Assembly: GCA_003553905.1 (NCBI GenBank) | Contig: PWEA01000035.1 | Location: forward strand, 1 to 63,744 | Length of the DNA stretch: 63,744 nucleotides | Source: Candidatus Aenigmatarchaeota archaeon | GTDB lineage: Archaea > Aenigmatarchaeota > Aenigmatarchaeia > PWEA01 | Direction of reading: 5' to 3' | In this document: positions 1 to 9,316 of the stretch, in pieces | Layout of the letters: the number at the start of each line of letters is the position of its first letter | Position numbering within the stretch: the first letter of the stretch is position 1 | The notes under the pieces: generated by a model | What the model was told of the DNA's origin: nothing | Databases searched by the model: none | The model's input: the letters and a program-made list of their open reading frames with translations, nothing else | Translations under genes and position numbers: made by a program

Positions 1-156
1 GGAATAAAAAGAGCTGCTGAGAATATACCCGGAGTAGAAGTCAGGGAAGTAGACAGTCTAAATTCGGAGGTACTTTCACCCGGGGCACACGGAATAAGAC
101 TTACAGTCTATACCGAATCAGCTCTAAATAAGATAGAAGAGAGGTGGACTATTTGA
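1..156 (+). CDS. rpl4: 50S ribosomal protein uL4, C-terminal part (5' truncated)
   Basis: Frame 1 reads ...[38 protein letters not shown], the archaeal L4 C-terminal motif, with TGA at 154-156 directly before uL23. Confidence 0.93.
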   Translation, partial: GIKRAAENIPGVEVREVDSLNSEVLSPGAHGIRLTVYTESALNKIEERWTI

Positions 157-161
157 AAGGT

Positions 162-425
162 ATGGAAAGTCCTATGGACATAATAAAATATCCCCATCTA
201 ACAGAGAAGTCTGTCAGTATGGTAGAAGAAGAAAACAAGCTCGTGTTTGTAGTTAGCGACAGTGCAAACAAAAACAAGATAAAATGGGCAGTTGAAAAGG
301 AGTTCGGCGTCGATGTAGTAAATGTAAATACTTTAAACACGATGAAAGGAAACAAAAAAGCTGTAGTCCAACTTTCAGAAGACGATAACGCAATCGATAT
401 AGCAACAAGGCTTGGTATGCTTTGA
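162..425 (+). CDS. rpl23: 50S ribosomal protein uL23
   Basis: IIKYPHLTEKS...NKLVFVV...VNTLNT...KKAVVQL...A..IATRLG; S10 operon position. Confidence 0.96.
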   Translation: MESPMDIIKYPHLTEKSVSMVEEENKLVFVVSDSANKNKIKWAVEKEFGVDVVNVNTLNTMKGNKKAVVQLSEDDNAIDIATRLGML

Positions 426-437
426 GGTTGATTTAAT

Positions 438-1130
438 ATGCCAAAAAGAACAAGAGCACAAAGGAAGGGAAGTAGCAGAAATATTAGAACGCCAAGTCAT
501 CGTTACGACAAGGAAGCCGACTTCGATGATGTAAAGGGTGAGGTAGTCGATATAGTGCACGACCCGGCACGGTCTGCACCACTGGCCAAAATTAAACTCA
601 AGGATGGGCAAGAAAGATATGTAATAGCACCACAAGGACTACAGACAGGAGACACTATAAGATGTGGCATATCGGCCCCTATAAAACCGGGCAACAGACT
701 AAAGCTTGCCGAAATTCCAGAAGGTATCCCCGTTCACTCAGTTGAAACAAGTCCAGGTGAAGGAGGAAAGCTTGTCAGATCATCAGGGACCTATGCAGTT
801 GTAAAGATGCATGACATGAATAAAACAGTAGTGAAGCTTCCATCGGGACAGACCAAGAATTTAAAACCTGAGTGCAAGGCAACTGTAGGCATTGTTGCAG
901 GAAGTGGAAGAAAAGAAAAGCCCTTTGTTAAGGCAGGTAACAAATATAAGGCAATGAAGGCACGCGGAAAACAGTATCCAACTGTTTCAGCCGTATCGAT
1001 GAATGCGGTGGATCATCCGTTTGGAGGGTCTACAAAACCAGGTAAGCCTAAAAATACCAAAAAAACCGCACCACCGGGCCAGAAAACTGGTTCATTTGGT
1101 GCAAGGTCTTCAGGAAAGAGGAAGCGTTAG
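438..1130 (+). CDS. rpl2: 50S ribosomal protein uL2
   Basis: [17 protein letters not shown] and [10 protein letters not shown] motifs. Confidence 0.98.
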   Translation: MPKRTRAQRKGSSRNIRTPSHRYDKEADFDDVKGEVVDIVHDPARSAPLAKIKLKDGQERYVIAPQGLQTGDTIRCGISAPIKPGNRLKLAEIPEGIPVHSVETSPGEGGKLVRSSGTYAVVKMHDMNKTVVKLPSGQTKNLKPECKATVGIVAGSGRKEKPFVKAGNKYKAMKARGKQYPTVSAVSMNAVDHPFGGSTKPGKPKNTKKTAPPGQKTGSFGARSSGKRKR

Positions 1131-1132
1131 AT

Positions 1133-1513
1133 ATGCCAAAGGAATTCAAATTCAGAGGGAAAACCGTTGAAGAACTCAGAAAGATGGATCTTACCGAATT
1201 TGCAAAGTTACTGGATTCAAGAAAGAGGAGAAGTCTCATGAGAGGCCTAACGGATGCACAGAAAGATCTGTTAGAGGGCATCAGAAAAGGCAAGGAGTAT
1301 ATAAAAACACATGCAAGGGATATGGTAATCCTTCCTGAGATGGTGGGCTCAAAGATAGGGATACATAATGGCCAAGATTTTGTAGAGGTGGAGATAAAAC
1401 CAGAGATGATAGGCAAGTTCCTTGGTGAGTTTGCAGAAACCAGAAAGAGTGTAGATCATTCGGCACCTGGATTAGGAGCAACAAGAACTTCAAAGCACGT
1501 GCCTCTGAAGTAG
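1133..1513 (+). CDS. rps19: 30S ribosomal protein uS19
   Basis: [15 protein letters not shown] and [11 protein letters not shown] motifs. Confidence 0.97.
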   Translation: MPKEFKFRGKTVEELRKMDLTEFAKLLDSRKRRSLMRGLTDAQKDLLEGIRKGKEYIKTHARDMVILPEMVGSKIGIHNGQDFVEVEIKPEMIGKFLGEFAETRKSVDHSAPGLGATRTSKHVPLK

Positions 1514-1526
1514 TGAGTATGATAAA

Positions 1527-1916
1527 ATGACAGGATATCCGGTACAAGTAGAAGAAGAAGATGTGAAGGCAGCAGGCCTAAATCTAAGAATATCGAGGAA
1601 AAAGGCCAGTAAGATATGCAAGGTGATAAACAACAAAAAGATGAAGTTTGAGAGAGCTTTGAGTTTCGTAAAAAATCTCACAGAAGGAAATGAAAATATA
1701 GATGGAAAAACCTATGAAAAGGCCGCGGAAGGTATATTGGGTGTACTGGAAAATGCAGGAAACAATGCAGAGTCCGAGGGATTGAACACAGAAAAGCTCA
1801 GGGTTAAAACAATAAGCGCAGAGCCCGGAACAACACTTAGAAGGAGGCGGAGAAGAAGAGATTTTGGAAACAGAATTAAAACCGCAAACGTCAAAGTCGT
1901 ACTTCAGAGAGGATAA
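1527..1916 (+). CDS. rpl22: 50S ribosomal protein uL22 (short, divergent)
   Basis: NLRISRKK and ILGVLENAGNNAESEGL motifs; lies between uS19 and uS3. Confidence 0.93.
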   Translation: MTGYPVQVEEEDVKAAGLNLRISRKKASKICKVINNKKMKFERALSFVKNLTEGNENIDGKTYEKAAEGILGVLENAGNNAESEGLNTEKLRVKTISAEPGTTLRRRRRRRDFGNRIKTANVKVVLQRG

Positions 1917-1917
1917 T

Positions 1918-2736
1918 ATGACACTTGAAAAGGAGTTCATAAAAAAAGGAATAAACAAGAACCAGTTAGAAGACTTCTTTGAAAGAGAGTACCCAAGGGC
2001 AGGATACACAGGATGTGATATTCAGAGAACCCCAATGGGAGTTAAAATAACAATATATGCAGACAAACCAGGACTGATAATAGGACGAGGAGGAGGAAGA
2101 ATAAACGAAATCACACAGAAACTCGGGGAAGATTTTGGATTCGAAGATCCACAGATAGATGTCCAAGAGATAGAGAAACCTGAACTCGATGCAAGTATAA
2201 TGGCCAAAGAGATAAAGAACGCGATAGAGAACAACGCAAACTACAGAAGGGTCGCAAGTGGAGTTCTCAGAAGCATACTGAGAAGAGGTGCGGCAGGGGC
2301 CGAGATAAGTATATCTGGAAAGCTTTCGGGGTCCAGAGGAAGAACCGAAAGATTCCAAGATGGATATATGAAAAGTTGTGGTGAGCCCGCAAAGAGGCTA
2401 GTTGATAAGGCCGTTGAACATGCTAAGACGCGACCGGGAACCATAGGAGTAAAGGTCAAGATAATGAAGGAAAGGCCAGACGAAGGTCTGAAAAAAGAAG
2501 ATAAAAAGACTGAAGAAACAACCGAGGAAAGGAAGTTCGAACTCACAGAAGACAAGCTAAATGAAATACTGGACTCCTCTATATCAGAAGGCAAAGAAAA
2601 AATAAAGAAGCTCGAGGGAGACCTTCAGTTAGAAAACTACAAAAAGATACTCGACTACGAAACGGATTTCAAAAACAGAAAGGGTATGTTAAAGTTCCTT
2701 GAAAGCAAGATAAAAGAACTCGAAGAGGATGAATGA
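1918..2736 (+). CDS. rps3: 30S ribosomal protein uS3 with C-terminal extension
   Basis: KH motif PGLIIGRGG, ISGKLSGSR and GTIGVKVKI; ATG at 1918. Confidence 0.97.
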   Translation: MTLEKEFIKKGINKNQLEDFFEREYPRAGYTGCDIQRTPMGVKITIYADKPGLIIGRGGGRINEITQKLGEDFGFEDPQIDVQEIEKPELDASIMAKEIKNAIENNANYRRVASGVLRSILRRGAAGAEISISGKLSGSRGRTERFQDGYMKSCGEPAKRLVDKAVEHAKTRPGTIGVKVKIMKERPDEGLKKEDKKTEETTEERKFELTEDKLNEILDSSISEGKEKIKKLEGDLQLENYKKILDYETDFKNRKGMLKFLESKIKELEEDE

Positions 2737-2941
2737 CATGGCTATGTTGAGAACAGAAGAAATCGATGACATGAGCAAGGAGGACCTCGAAGAAAAACTG
2801 GAAGAAATAAGACTGGAACTCGCAAAGGAAAAAGCACAGGTTAAGATAGGAGGAGTTCCGGAAAATCCTGGTAATATGAACGAAATGAAAAGAACAGTAG
2901 CAAGAATAAAAACAAAGCTTCGCGAAAGAGAGGTGGAATGA
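2729..2941 (+). CDS. rpl29: 50S ribosomal protein uL29
   Basis: GGVPENPG...KRTVARIKT motif. Confidence 0.96.
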   Translation: MNDMAMLRTEEIDDMSKEDLEEKLEEIRLELAKEKAQVKIGGVPENPGNMNEMKRTVARIKTKLREREVE

Positions 2942-2942
2942 G

Positions 2943-3248
2943 ATCGCTAACTGCCCCGACTGTGGACTACCCGAAGAACTTTGTGTCTGTGACACGATAG
3001 CAAAGGAAGAGGAAAAGATAGAAGTTCGCAAAACAAGACGGAGCTACGGCAAGGAGCTAACAATCGTCGAGAATGTTTCCGATGACATGAATCCAAAGGA
3101 ACTTGCAAAAAAACTTAAAAAAGGTCTCGCGTGCGGTGGAACATATAAAAAGGGTAGGATAGAACTACAGGGAGACCACATGAGAAGGATAAAAGACCTT
3201 CTTGTACAAGAAGGGTTTCCAGAAAGCAAGATAAAGATAAAGAACTGA
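2943..3248 (+). CDS. sui1: Translation initiation factor aIF1 (SUI1 family), apparent ATC start; missing from the ORF track
   Basis: Translates to ANCPDCGLPEELCVCDTIAKE...YGKELTIV...LKKGLACGGT...IELQGDH. No in-frame ATG/GTG/TTG follows the stop at 2907-2909 upstream of this sequence; SD GAGGTG at 2930-2935. Confidence 0.93.
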   Translation: MANCPDCGLPEELCVCDTIAKEEEKIEVRKTRRSYGKELTIVENVSDDMNPKELAKKLKKGLACGGTYKKGRIELQGDHMRRIKDLLVQEGFPESKIKIKN

Positions 3249-3249
3249 T

Positions 3250-3528
3250 ATGAGGAAGCTAGAAAACCTCCCAAGACACGAGCTAATAGGTCTAAAGACG
3301 GAGGTAGTTGAAAGCGAAAACACTATGGAGGAGGGCATAAGAGGAAGGGTGGTGGACGAAAGGAAAAACGTTTTAAAAGTCGAATGTAAAGGTGAAGAGA
3401 AAACAGTTAGAAAAAAAGGGCGGAAGTTTAAGTTCGAACTCCCATCGGAAGAACAGTGCAAGATCGATGGGGAGACAATCGAAGGACGTCCTGAAGACAG
3501 AATAAAGAAAAAAATGAGGAAATGGTGA
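3250..3528 (+). CDS. rnp1: RNase P protein component 1 (Rpp29)
   Basis: HELIGL.TEVV...GIRGRVVDE.KN...GRPEDRIKK; conserved position. Confidence 0.95.
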   Translation: MRKLENLPRHELIGLKTEVVESENTMEEGIRGRVVDERKNVLKVECKGEEKTVRKKGRKFKFELPSEEQCKIDGETIEGRPEDRIKKKMRKW

Positions 3529-3533
3529 ACAAA

Positions 3534-3851
3534 ATGGCATTAGGTCTTGGCGTAAAGACTCCAGAAAAGGAGTGTGAAGACGAAAACTGTCCGTTCCACG
3601 GAAAGTTGTCTGTTAGAGGTAGGACTTTCGAAGGAATAGTCACGTCGAAAAATGAAAAAACTGTAACAGTAAAGTGGCAATACCACCACTACGTCCCCAA
3701 ATATGAAAGATATATGAGAAAAAATACAAAGATAATGAGTCACTGCCCTCCTTGTATGGACATAAACAAAGGCGATAAGGTAAGGATAGGAGAAACAAGG
3801 CCCCTTTCAAAGGGCAAAAGTTCCGTTGTAATAGAAAAGGTGGTTGAGTAG
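3534..3851 (+). CDS. rps17: 30S ribosomal protein uS17
   Basis: CPFHG.LSVRGR, KYERY, HCPPC and GETRPLSK motifs. Confidence 0.97.
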   Translation: MALGLGVKTPEKECEDENCPFHGKLSVRGRTFEGIVTSKNEKTVTVKWQYHHYVPKYERYMRKNTKIMSHCPPCMDINKGDKVRIGETRPLSKGKSSVVIEKVVE

Positions 3852-3852
3852 T

Positions 3853-4251
3853 ATGAGAGCTGTAGGAAGTAACATAACAAAGGGGATAGGATCAGAAACT
3901 AAGCTCAAATGTATAGATAACACAGGAGCAAAGATGCTAAGAGTTACCTCCGTATTAAAGTACAAGGGTACCAGAAAAAGACAGCCAAAGGCTGGTGTTG
4001 GAGATATAGTCCGGTGTTCGGTACTGAAAGGATCCCCGGATATAAGAGATGAAACCCCGCTTGCTGTGATTGTTAGACAAAAAAAGGAATGGAAAAGACC
4101 GGATGGAAGAAGGATAAAGTTTTACGACAATGCAGCAGTACTCATAAACGACAGAAACGAACCCAGAGGAAATGAAATAAGAGGAGCCGTAGCAAAGGAA
4201 GCAGTTGAAAAGTTTCCCGAAATAGGAAAGGTTTCGAGGATTGTGGTATAA
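3853..4251 (+). CDS. rpl14: 50S ribosomal protein uL14
   Basis: DNTGAK, AGVGD and RPDGRRIKFYDNAAV motifs. Confidence 0.97.
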   Translation: MRAVGSNITKGIGSETKLKCIDNTGAKMLRVTSVLKYKGTRKRQPKAGVGDIVRCSVLKGSPDIRDETPLAVIVRQKKEWKRPDGRRIKFYDNAAVLINDRNEPRGNEIRGAVAKEAVEKFPEIGKVSRIVV

Positions 4252-4778
4252 TGAAAACCAAAAAACCAGGAAAACAAAGGAAGATGAGCTTGAATGCTCC
4301 TATGCACAAGAGGCAGAAGAAAATGAGAGCTGTACTTGAAAAGGACCTCAGGGAGGACTTCAACAAAAGAAGCCTTGGTCTGAAAAGCGGCGATGAGGTA
4401 AAGGTTATGAGAGGCGACTTCAAAGACAAAGAAAGTGAAGTCCGTGATATTGATTTAAAAAACCTAAAGGTTACTCTCGAAGACGTAAAAAAAGAAAAGG
4501 TCGATGGAACAGAGGTAAGACCAAAGATAGACCCATCCAATCTAATGATAATAGACCCTGATCTCTCGGACAAGAAGAGAGAAGATATAATAAAAAGATC
4601 CGGCGGAGAAGTCGCAGAAGAGTTCAAAGAAGTAAAGGAAGAGGAGGAAGGAGAAGACACAGAAACCAAAGAACATGCAGAAGGATTCAAATGTGAGATA
4701 TGTGGAGATGTCTTCGACTCAAAGAGAGGGTTAGGTGTGCACAAAGGAAAAGCACATCCAGACTATATGAAATCATGA
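4251..4778 (+). CDS. rpl24: 50S ribosomal protein uL24 with acidic linker and C-terminal C2H2 zinc finger
   Basis: PGKQRK, GDEVKVMRGDFK and IDPSNL motifs; tail CEICG...GLGVHKGKAH. Confidence 0.96.
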   Translation: MKTKKPGKQRKMSLNAPMHKRQKKMRAVLEKDLREDFNKRSLGLKSGDEVKVMRGDFKDKESEVRDIDLKNLKVTLEDVKKEKVDGTEVRPKIDPSNLMIIDPDLSDKKREDIIKRSGGEVAEEFKEVKEEEEGEDTETKEHAEGFKCEICGDVFDSKRGLGVHKGKAHPDYMKS

Positions 4779-4791
4779 AAAGGAGGATAAA

Positions 4792-5499
4792 ATGTCAAAA
4801 CATCAAAAATCACTGTCTTCACCAAAAACGTACCCCATAAAGAGAAAGGAAAGACCTTGGACAATAAAGCCAAGTCCTGGACCACACTCGGAAGAAAATT
4901 GCATACCACTGGGTATAATCATAAGGGACGTTTTGGAATATGCCGAAAATATCAGCGAGGTAAAAAAGGTACTCGAGGAAGGTAAATGCGAAATCGACGG
5001 TAAGGTAGTAAGGGACCATAGATTTCCCGTTGGGATTTTCGATTCGCTGAGACTAGGTGAAAAATACTTTAGAATTATTCCCCACAAGAAGGGATTCAAA
5101 CTCATAAATATAAACAAAAAGGATGCAGGCAAAAAACTATGCCGCATCGAAGACAAAAAAACCGTAGACGGTGGAAAACTACAGATAATCTTCAACGACG
5201 GTAAAAGTATAATGACACACGACGAAGAACTCATGAACCTACAGACAGGAACCTCTGTTATTCTATCGGTCCCAGAAAAGAAATGCACAGAGACTATAAA
5301 GTCAGAAAAGGGGAAGGAAGTTATGATAACAAATGGTAAAAACAGGGGAGCAGTTGCTAGCTTTGAGGAAAGAAAGGTTCTGAAAGGAAGCAGGGAAAAT
5401 AGGATAATAGTTTCACAGGAAGGAAAGAAAATTGACCTGCCTGAAGATATAGTATTTCCAATAGATACAGAAAAAATAAAAATAGAGGAGCAAAAGTGA
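4792..5499 (+). CDS. rps4e: 30S ribosomal protein eS4
   Basis: KPSPGPHS and IDGKVVRDHRFPVGIFD motifs. Confidence 0.96.
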   Translation: MSKHQKSLSSPKTYPIKRKERPWTIKPSPGPHSEENCIPLGIIIRDVLEYAENISEVKKVLEEGKCEIDGKVVRDHRFPVGIFDSLRLGEKYFRIIPHKKGFKLININKKDAGKKLCRIEDKKTVDGGKLQIIFNDGKSIMTHDEELMNLQTGTSVILSVPEKKCTETIKSEKGKEVMITNGKNRGAVASFEERKVLKGSRENRIIVSQEGKKIDLPEDIVFPIDTEKIKIEEQK

Positions 5500-5503
5500 T
5501 AAG

Positions 5504-6019
5504 ATGTCGGATAAAAACCCCATGAAAAAAATAGGGCTAGAGAAGATTGTCTTGAACATAGGAATAGGTAGCCCCGGTGAAGAACTTGAGAAGGCCAAGA
5601 ACCTACTAGAAGACCTAACAGGGAAAAATCCAAAGCTTACAAAGGCTAAGAGAAGAAGTGCCTTCGGGGTTTCAAAGGGAAGAGAGATAGGTGTAATGGT
5701 AACCTTGAGGAACGAAGAAGCAGAGAATTTTCTCAAGAAATTCCTCGATGCAAAGGACCACAAGATCAGGAAAAGCAGCTTCGATGACCAAGGTAACTTT
5801 TCAATGGGAATCGAAGAACACATAGACCTTCCGGGAACCGATTACAATCCGGACATAGGTATATTTGGGATGGATATAACGGCAACACTCGAAAGGCCTG
5901 GTTTTGGAATAAAGAGAAGGAATATATCAAGAAAAATAGGTGAAAAACATAAAATTTCAAAAAACGAAGCAATTGAGTTCATGGAAGAAAAATTTGAGGT
6001 CGAAATAACCGGTGAATAA
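5504..6019 (+). CDS. rpl5: 50S ribosomal protein uL5
   Basis: [21 protein letters not shown] and [11 protein letters not shown] motifs. Confidence 0.97.
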   Translation: MSDKNPMKKIGLEKIVLNIGIGSPGEELEKAKNLLEDLTGKNPKLTKAKRRSAFGVSKGREIGVMVTLRNEEAENFLKKFLDAKDHKIRKSSFDDQGNFSMGIEEHIDLPGTDYNPDIGIFGMDITATLERPGFGIKRRNISRKIGEKHKISKNEAIEFMEEKFEVEITGE

Positions 6020-6020
6020 A

Positions 6021-6152
6021 ATGACAAAAAAGGAAGTACCCAAATGCAGGAGATGTGGAAACAAATGGGGAGTCATAAGAAAGTACGATCTGTATATCTG
6101 CAGACAGTGCTTTAGAGAAATATCAGAGGAGATAGGCTTCGAAAAATACTAG
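6021..6152 (+). CDS. rps14: 30S ribosomal protein uS14 (Zn-binding, 43 aa; below ORF-track cutoff)
   Basis: [43 protein letters not shown]. Confidence 0.95.
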   Translation: MTKKEVPKCRRCGNKWGVIRKYDLYICRQCFREISEEIGFEKY

Positions 6153-6160
6153 GTGTCAAT

Positions 6161-6547
6161 ATGAAACAATCAATACTTTCAGACTGTATGTCCACGTTGA
6201 AGAACGCAGAGAATGTAGGTAAGGATAGATGTACAGCTGAATCTTCAAAGGTAGTTATGGAAGTTCTCAAAACCATACAGAAAAAAGGTTACATCGGGGA
6301 GTTCGAAAAAATAGAAGACAACAGGGGTGGAAAGTTTAGAATCGAACTCATGGGAAAGATAAACGACTGTAATTCAATAAGGCCAAGATTTTCCGTAAAG
6401 AAAAATGAGTTTGAAAAATGGGAAAAGAGATACTTACCAGCAAAGGGCATGGGATTCCTTATAGTGAGCACTTCGCAGGGGATAATGACCCACGAAGAAG
6501 CAAAGTCTCAGGAAATAGGAGGAAAGCTAATAGCCTATGTTTACTAG
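6161..6547 (+). CDS. rps8: 30S ribosomal protein uS8
   Basis: GYIGEFE, RYLPA and VSTSQGIMTHEEA...GGKLIAYVY motifs. Confidence 0.97.
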   Translation: MKQSILSDCMSTLKNAENVGKDRCTAESSKVVMEVLKTIQKKGYIGEFEKIEDNRGGKFRIELMGKINDCNSIRPRFSVKKNEFEKWEKRYLPAKGMGFLIVSTSQGIMTHEEAKSQEIGGKLIAYVY

Positions 6548-6558
6548 GGTGCTTTACA

Positions 6559-7092
6559 ATGAAGAAAAGCGTTCAACTTCCAGAAAATATTGAAGCAGAA
6601 GTATCAGATGGAGATGTAAAAATAAAGGGCAATGGAAATGAGGTTAAACTCAAGCTAAACCACCCACTGATAAATATAGAACTCGACGACGATATCATCA
6701 ATATAGAACCCAAGATCGAAAACAAAAAAACAAACAGCATATCACAAACATTCAGAACAAAGATAAAAAACGCGGTTACAGGAGTAACGGATGGTTTTGA
6801 ATACAGGCTAAAGGTAGTATACAAACATTTTCCGATGGAAGTTAAGGTAAATGGAGATAGGTTCGTTGTTTCCAACTTCCTCGGTGAAAAAAAGGACAGG
6901 GAAGCCAGTATACTTGAAAACGTGAGTGTCAAGGTAGATGATGAGAACATAACAGTATCGGGACCTGACAAAGAAAAGGTAGGTCAAACGGCGGCAAACA
7001 TAGAACGAAACATGCAAGCACCAAATACCAAAGACAGAAGGGTATTTGAGGATGGAATATACATAGTAAAAAAACCGAGTGTCGAGGACTGA
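6559..7092 (+). CDS. rpl6: 50S ribosomal protein uL6
   Basis: HFPM, NFLGEK, VGQTAANIE and DRRVFEDGIYI motifs. Confidence 0.97.
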   Translation: MKKSVQLPENIEAEVSDGDVKIKGNGNEVKLKLNHPLINIELDDDIINIEPKIENKKTNSISQTFRTKIKNAVTGVTDGFEYRLKVVYKHFPMEVKVNGDRFVVSNFLGEKKDREASILENVSVKVDDENITVSGPDKEKVGQTAANIERNMQAPNTKDRRVFEDGIYIVKKPSVED

Positions 7093-7093
7093 T

Positions 7094-7411
7094 ATGATGT
7101 CTGACAAAAAATTTAAGAGACAAAATTCAAGCAGAAAGCTTGGTGATTCGTGGAGAAGGCCAAAAGGTCATCACTCTTCACTTAGAAAGGGGAAGAAGGG
7201 GAGAAGGAAAAAGCCCTCGCCCGGATTTGGTAGTGAAAACAAAGGCATGCATCCATCGGGCTACTATGAAGTAATTGTCAGAAATATCAAGGATCTTAAA
7301 GATATAGATAAAGAGGAGGAAGCAGCAAGAATAAGCTCAAAGATTGGAAAAAGGAAAAGAGAGGAAATTTTAGAAAAGGCTGAGGAAATGGAGATTAAGG
7401 TTTTAAATTGA
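7094..7411 (+). CDS. rpl32e: 50S ribosomal protein eL32
   Basis: WRRPKG, GMHPSGY and IKVLN motifs. Confidence 0.95.
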   Translation: MMSDKKFKRQNSSRKLGDSWRRPKGHHSSLRKGKKGRRKKPSPGFGSENKGMHPSGYYEVIVRNIKDLKDIDKEEEAARISSKIGKRKREEILEKAEEMEIKVLN

Positions 7412-7420
7412 GGTTATAAA

Positions 7421-7582
7421 ATGTTTTTGAGATTTGAAGAAACAAAATGCCCTCTATGTGGAACCTCAGGACAGGATTCACAGATAGAAGAACTGTCAAA
7501 CTGTCCGGGTTGCGGGGCAAAGTTCAACAAGTTCGGTGTAGTTCACGTACCAGAAAACGAAAGAGAAGTACAATGGACATGA
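7421..7582 (+). CDS. Small zinc-ribbon protein (53 aa) within the spc operon
   Basis: SD GAGGT at 7410; MFLRFEETKCPLCGTSGQDSQIEELSNCPGCGAKFNKFGVVHVPENEREVQWT has two CxxC motifs and fills the eL32-eL19 gap exactly. Confidence 0.75.
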   Translation: MFLRFEETKCPLCGTSGQDSQIEELSNCPGCGAKFNKFGVVHVPENEREVQWT

Positions 7583-7592
7583 GGTGCAAAAG

Positions 7593-8048
7593 ATGGATCT
7601 GTCTACAAAAAGAAAGATGGCAGCAGATATATTAGACTGCGGGAGAAACAAGGTGTGGATAGACCCAGAAAGGCAGGGCGATGTGAACGAGGCAATAACC
7701 AAGTCCGATGTAAGAAGACTTATCCAAAAAGGGGTAATCAAGGAGAAGAAGAAAAACGGACAGTCACGTGGAAGAACAAGAAAAATAATGAAGCAGAAGA
7801 AAAAAGGAAGAAGGAAGGGACACGGTAAAAGAAAGGGGAGTAAAAAGAACAGGAAAGAAAAATGGATAACCAGGATAAGGGCACAGAGAAAGCTACTGAA
7901 AAGCCTCCGCGAAGAAGACAAAATAGATAGACCGAACTACAACAAGCTATATAGAAAGTGCAAGGGTGGAAGATTCAACTCAAAGAAACAGTTAAAAGAA
8001 TATATTAAAAAGGAAGATATGTTGATAAAGGGTGAAGAAATTGAGTAA
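7593..8048 (+). CDS. rpl19e: 50S ribosomal protein eL19
   Basis: KVWIDP, AITKSDVRRLI and GRRKGHGKRKG motifs. Confidence 0.97.
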   Translation: MDLSTKRKMAADILDCGRNKVWIDPERQGDVNEAITKSDVRRLIQKGVIKEKKKNGQSRGRTRKIMKQKKKGRRKGHGKRKGSKKNRKEKWITRIRAQRKLLKSLREEDKIDRPNYNKLYRKCKGGRFNSKKQLKEYIKKEDMLIKGEEIE

Positions 8049-8607
8049 AAAAATTCCAAAACGAAGAAGAAGAGAAAAGAAAACAGACTACAGTAAGAGA
8101 CTAAAGCTTCTCAAAAGCGGTGATCTAAGGCTTGTGGTAAGAAATAGTCTGAACAATATAAGAGCCCAGATAGTTAAGTGGGAGAAGGACGGGGACATGG
8201 TTCTAGAACAATCGGAATCAAAAGATCTAGAAGAATTTGGATGGAAGGGACACAGATCGAACATCCCGGCTGCTTATCTCACTGGATACCTCATAGGTAA
8301 AAGAGGAGTTTCTGAAGACATCAAAAGATGTATACTCGATATCGGACTACAAAAGAACACAAAGGAAAGTAAGTTATACGCAACCGTCAAAGGAGTGATC
8401 GATGCAGGAATCGAGGTTCCTGTAGGAGAAAAGATGTTACCATCAGAAGACAGATTAAAGGGGAAACACATAGAAGAGTACGCATCAAAAATGAAAGAGG
8501 GCGAAAAGAACGAACACTTTTCAAGCTTAATTGGTAAGGGATTAGACCCGGAAAACGTAACGAAAAACTTTGATGAAACAAAGGAAAAAATTGACGAGGT
8601 AGAATAA
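8041..8607 (+). CDS. rpl18: 50S ribosomal protein uL18
   Basis: RRRREKKTDY..RL and NIPAAYLTG motifs; TTG start after SD GGTGA. Confidence 0.96.
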   Translation: MSKKIPKRRRREKKTDYSKRLKLLKSGDLRLVVRNSLNNIRAQIVKWEKDGDMVLEQSESKDLEEFGWKGHRSNIPAAYLTGYLIGKRGVSEDIKRCILDIGLQKNTKESKLYATVKGVIDAGIEVPVGEKMLPSEDRLKGKHIEEYASKMKEGEKNEHFSSLIGKGLDPENVTKNFDETKEKIDEVE

Positions 8608-8608
8608 A

Positions 8609-9316
8609 ATGGCTGAAGAACAAACAAAGGACTGGACACCACAGACAGAACTTGGAAAAGAAGTTGTAGATGGAAAGATAACATCGGTAGATGAGATATA
8701 CGAACAGGGAAGAAAGATAATGGAACCCGAGATAGTAGATATACTCTTACCTAATCTTGATCACGAGCTCATACTTATAGGTGGTTCTCCGGGTAAAGGT
8801 GGTGGTATAAGGAGGACACCTGCCAAAAGAACTGCAAAAATGCATAAGAGTGGCCGTAAATACAAAATGACCTCCTTTGCAGTTATAGGTAACAGAAACG
8901 GTTATGCTGGAATAGGAGAAGGACAGGCAACGGGATCCGGTGCCTTCAGAACTGCAATACAAAAGTCCATAAAGAATTCGAAGTTAAATATAATACCTGT
9001 TCGAAGAGGATGTGGATCGTGGGAATGTGAATGTGGTTCACACCATTCGATACCCACCGAAATAAAGGGAAAATCAGGAAGTGTAACTGTAGTACTGAAA
9101 CCAGCACCAAAGGGTGTTGGTCTCGTAGTTTCCGACGAGGTTAAAAAGTTCCTAGAACTTGCGGGGATAGAAGACTGCTGGGCAAAAACCTTCGGAAAGA
9201 CAAGAACACGGACCAATCTGATAAAAGCAGTCTACAACGCCCTAAAGAATCTAAACCAACTAAAGATAGAAGAAGACTTCAAGAAAAAATCAGGAACTAT
9301 CATAGGTGAAGCATGA
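8609..9316 (+). CDS. rps5: 30S ribosomal protein uS5
   Basis: W.PQTELG, RRGCGSWEC.CG and PAPKGVG motifs. Confidence 0.97.
   Translation: MAEEQTKDWTPQTELGKEVVDGKITSVDEIYEQGRKIMEPEIVDILLPNLDHELILIGGSPGKGGGIRRTPAKRTAKMHKSGRKYKMTSFAVIGNRNGYAGIGEGQATGSGAFRTAIQKSIKNSKLNIIPVRRGCGSWECECGSHHSIPTEIKGKSGSVTVVLKPAPKGVGLVVSDEVKKFLELAGIEDCWAKTFGKTRTRTNLIKAVYNALKNLNQLKIEEDFKKKSGTIIGEA

Noticed and set aside
7447..7635. 62-aa ORF in the track between eL32 and eL19
   Set aside because: Overlaps eL19 and has no SD; the 7421-7582 frame has an SD and CxxC motifs
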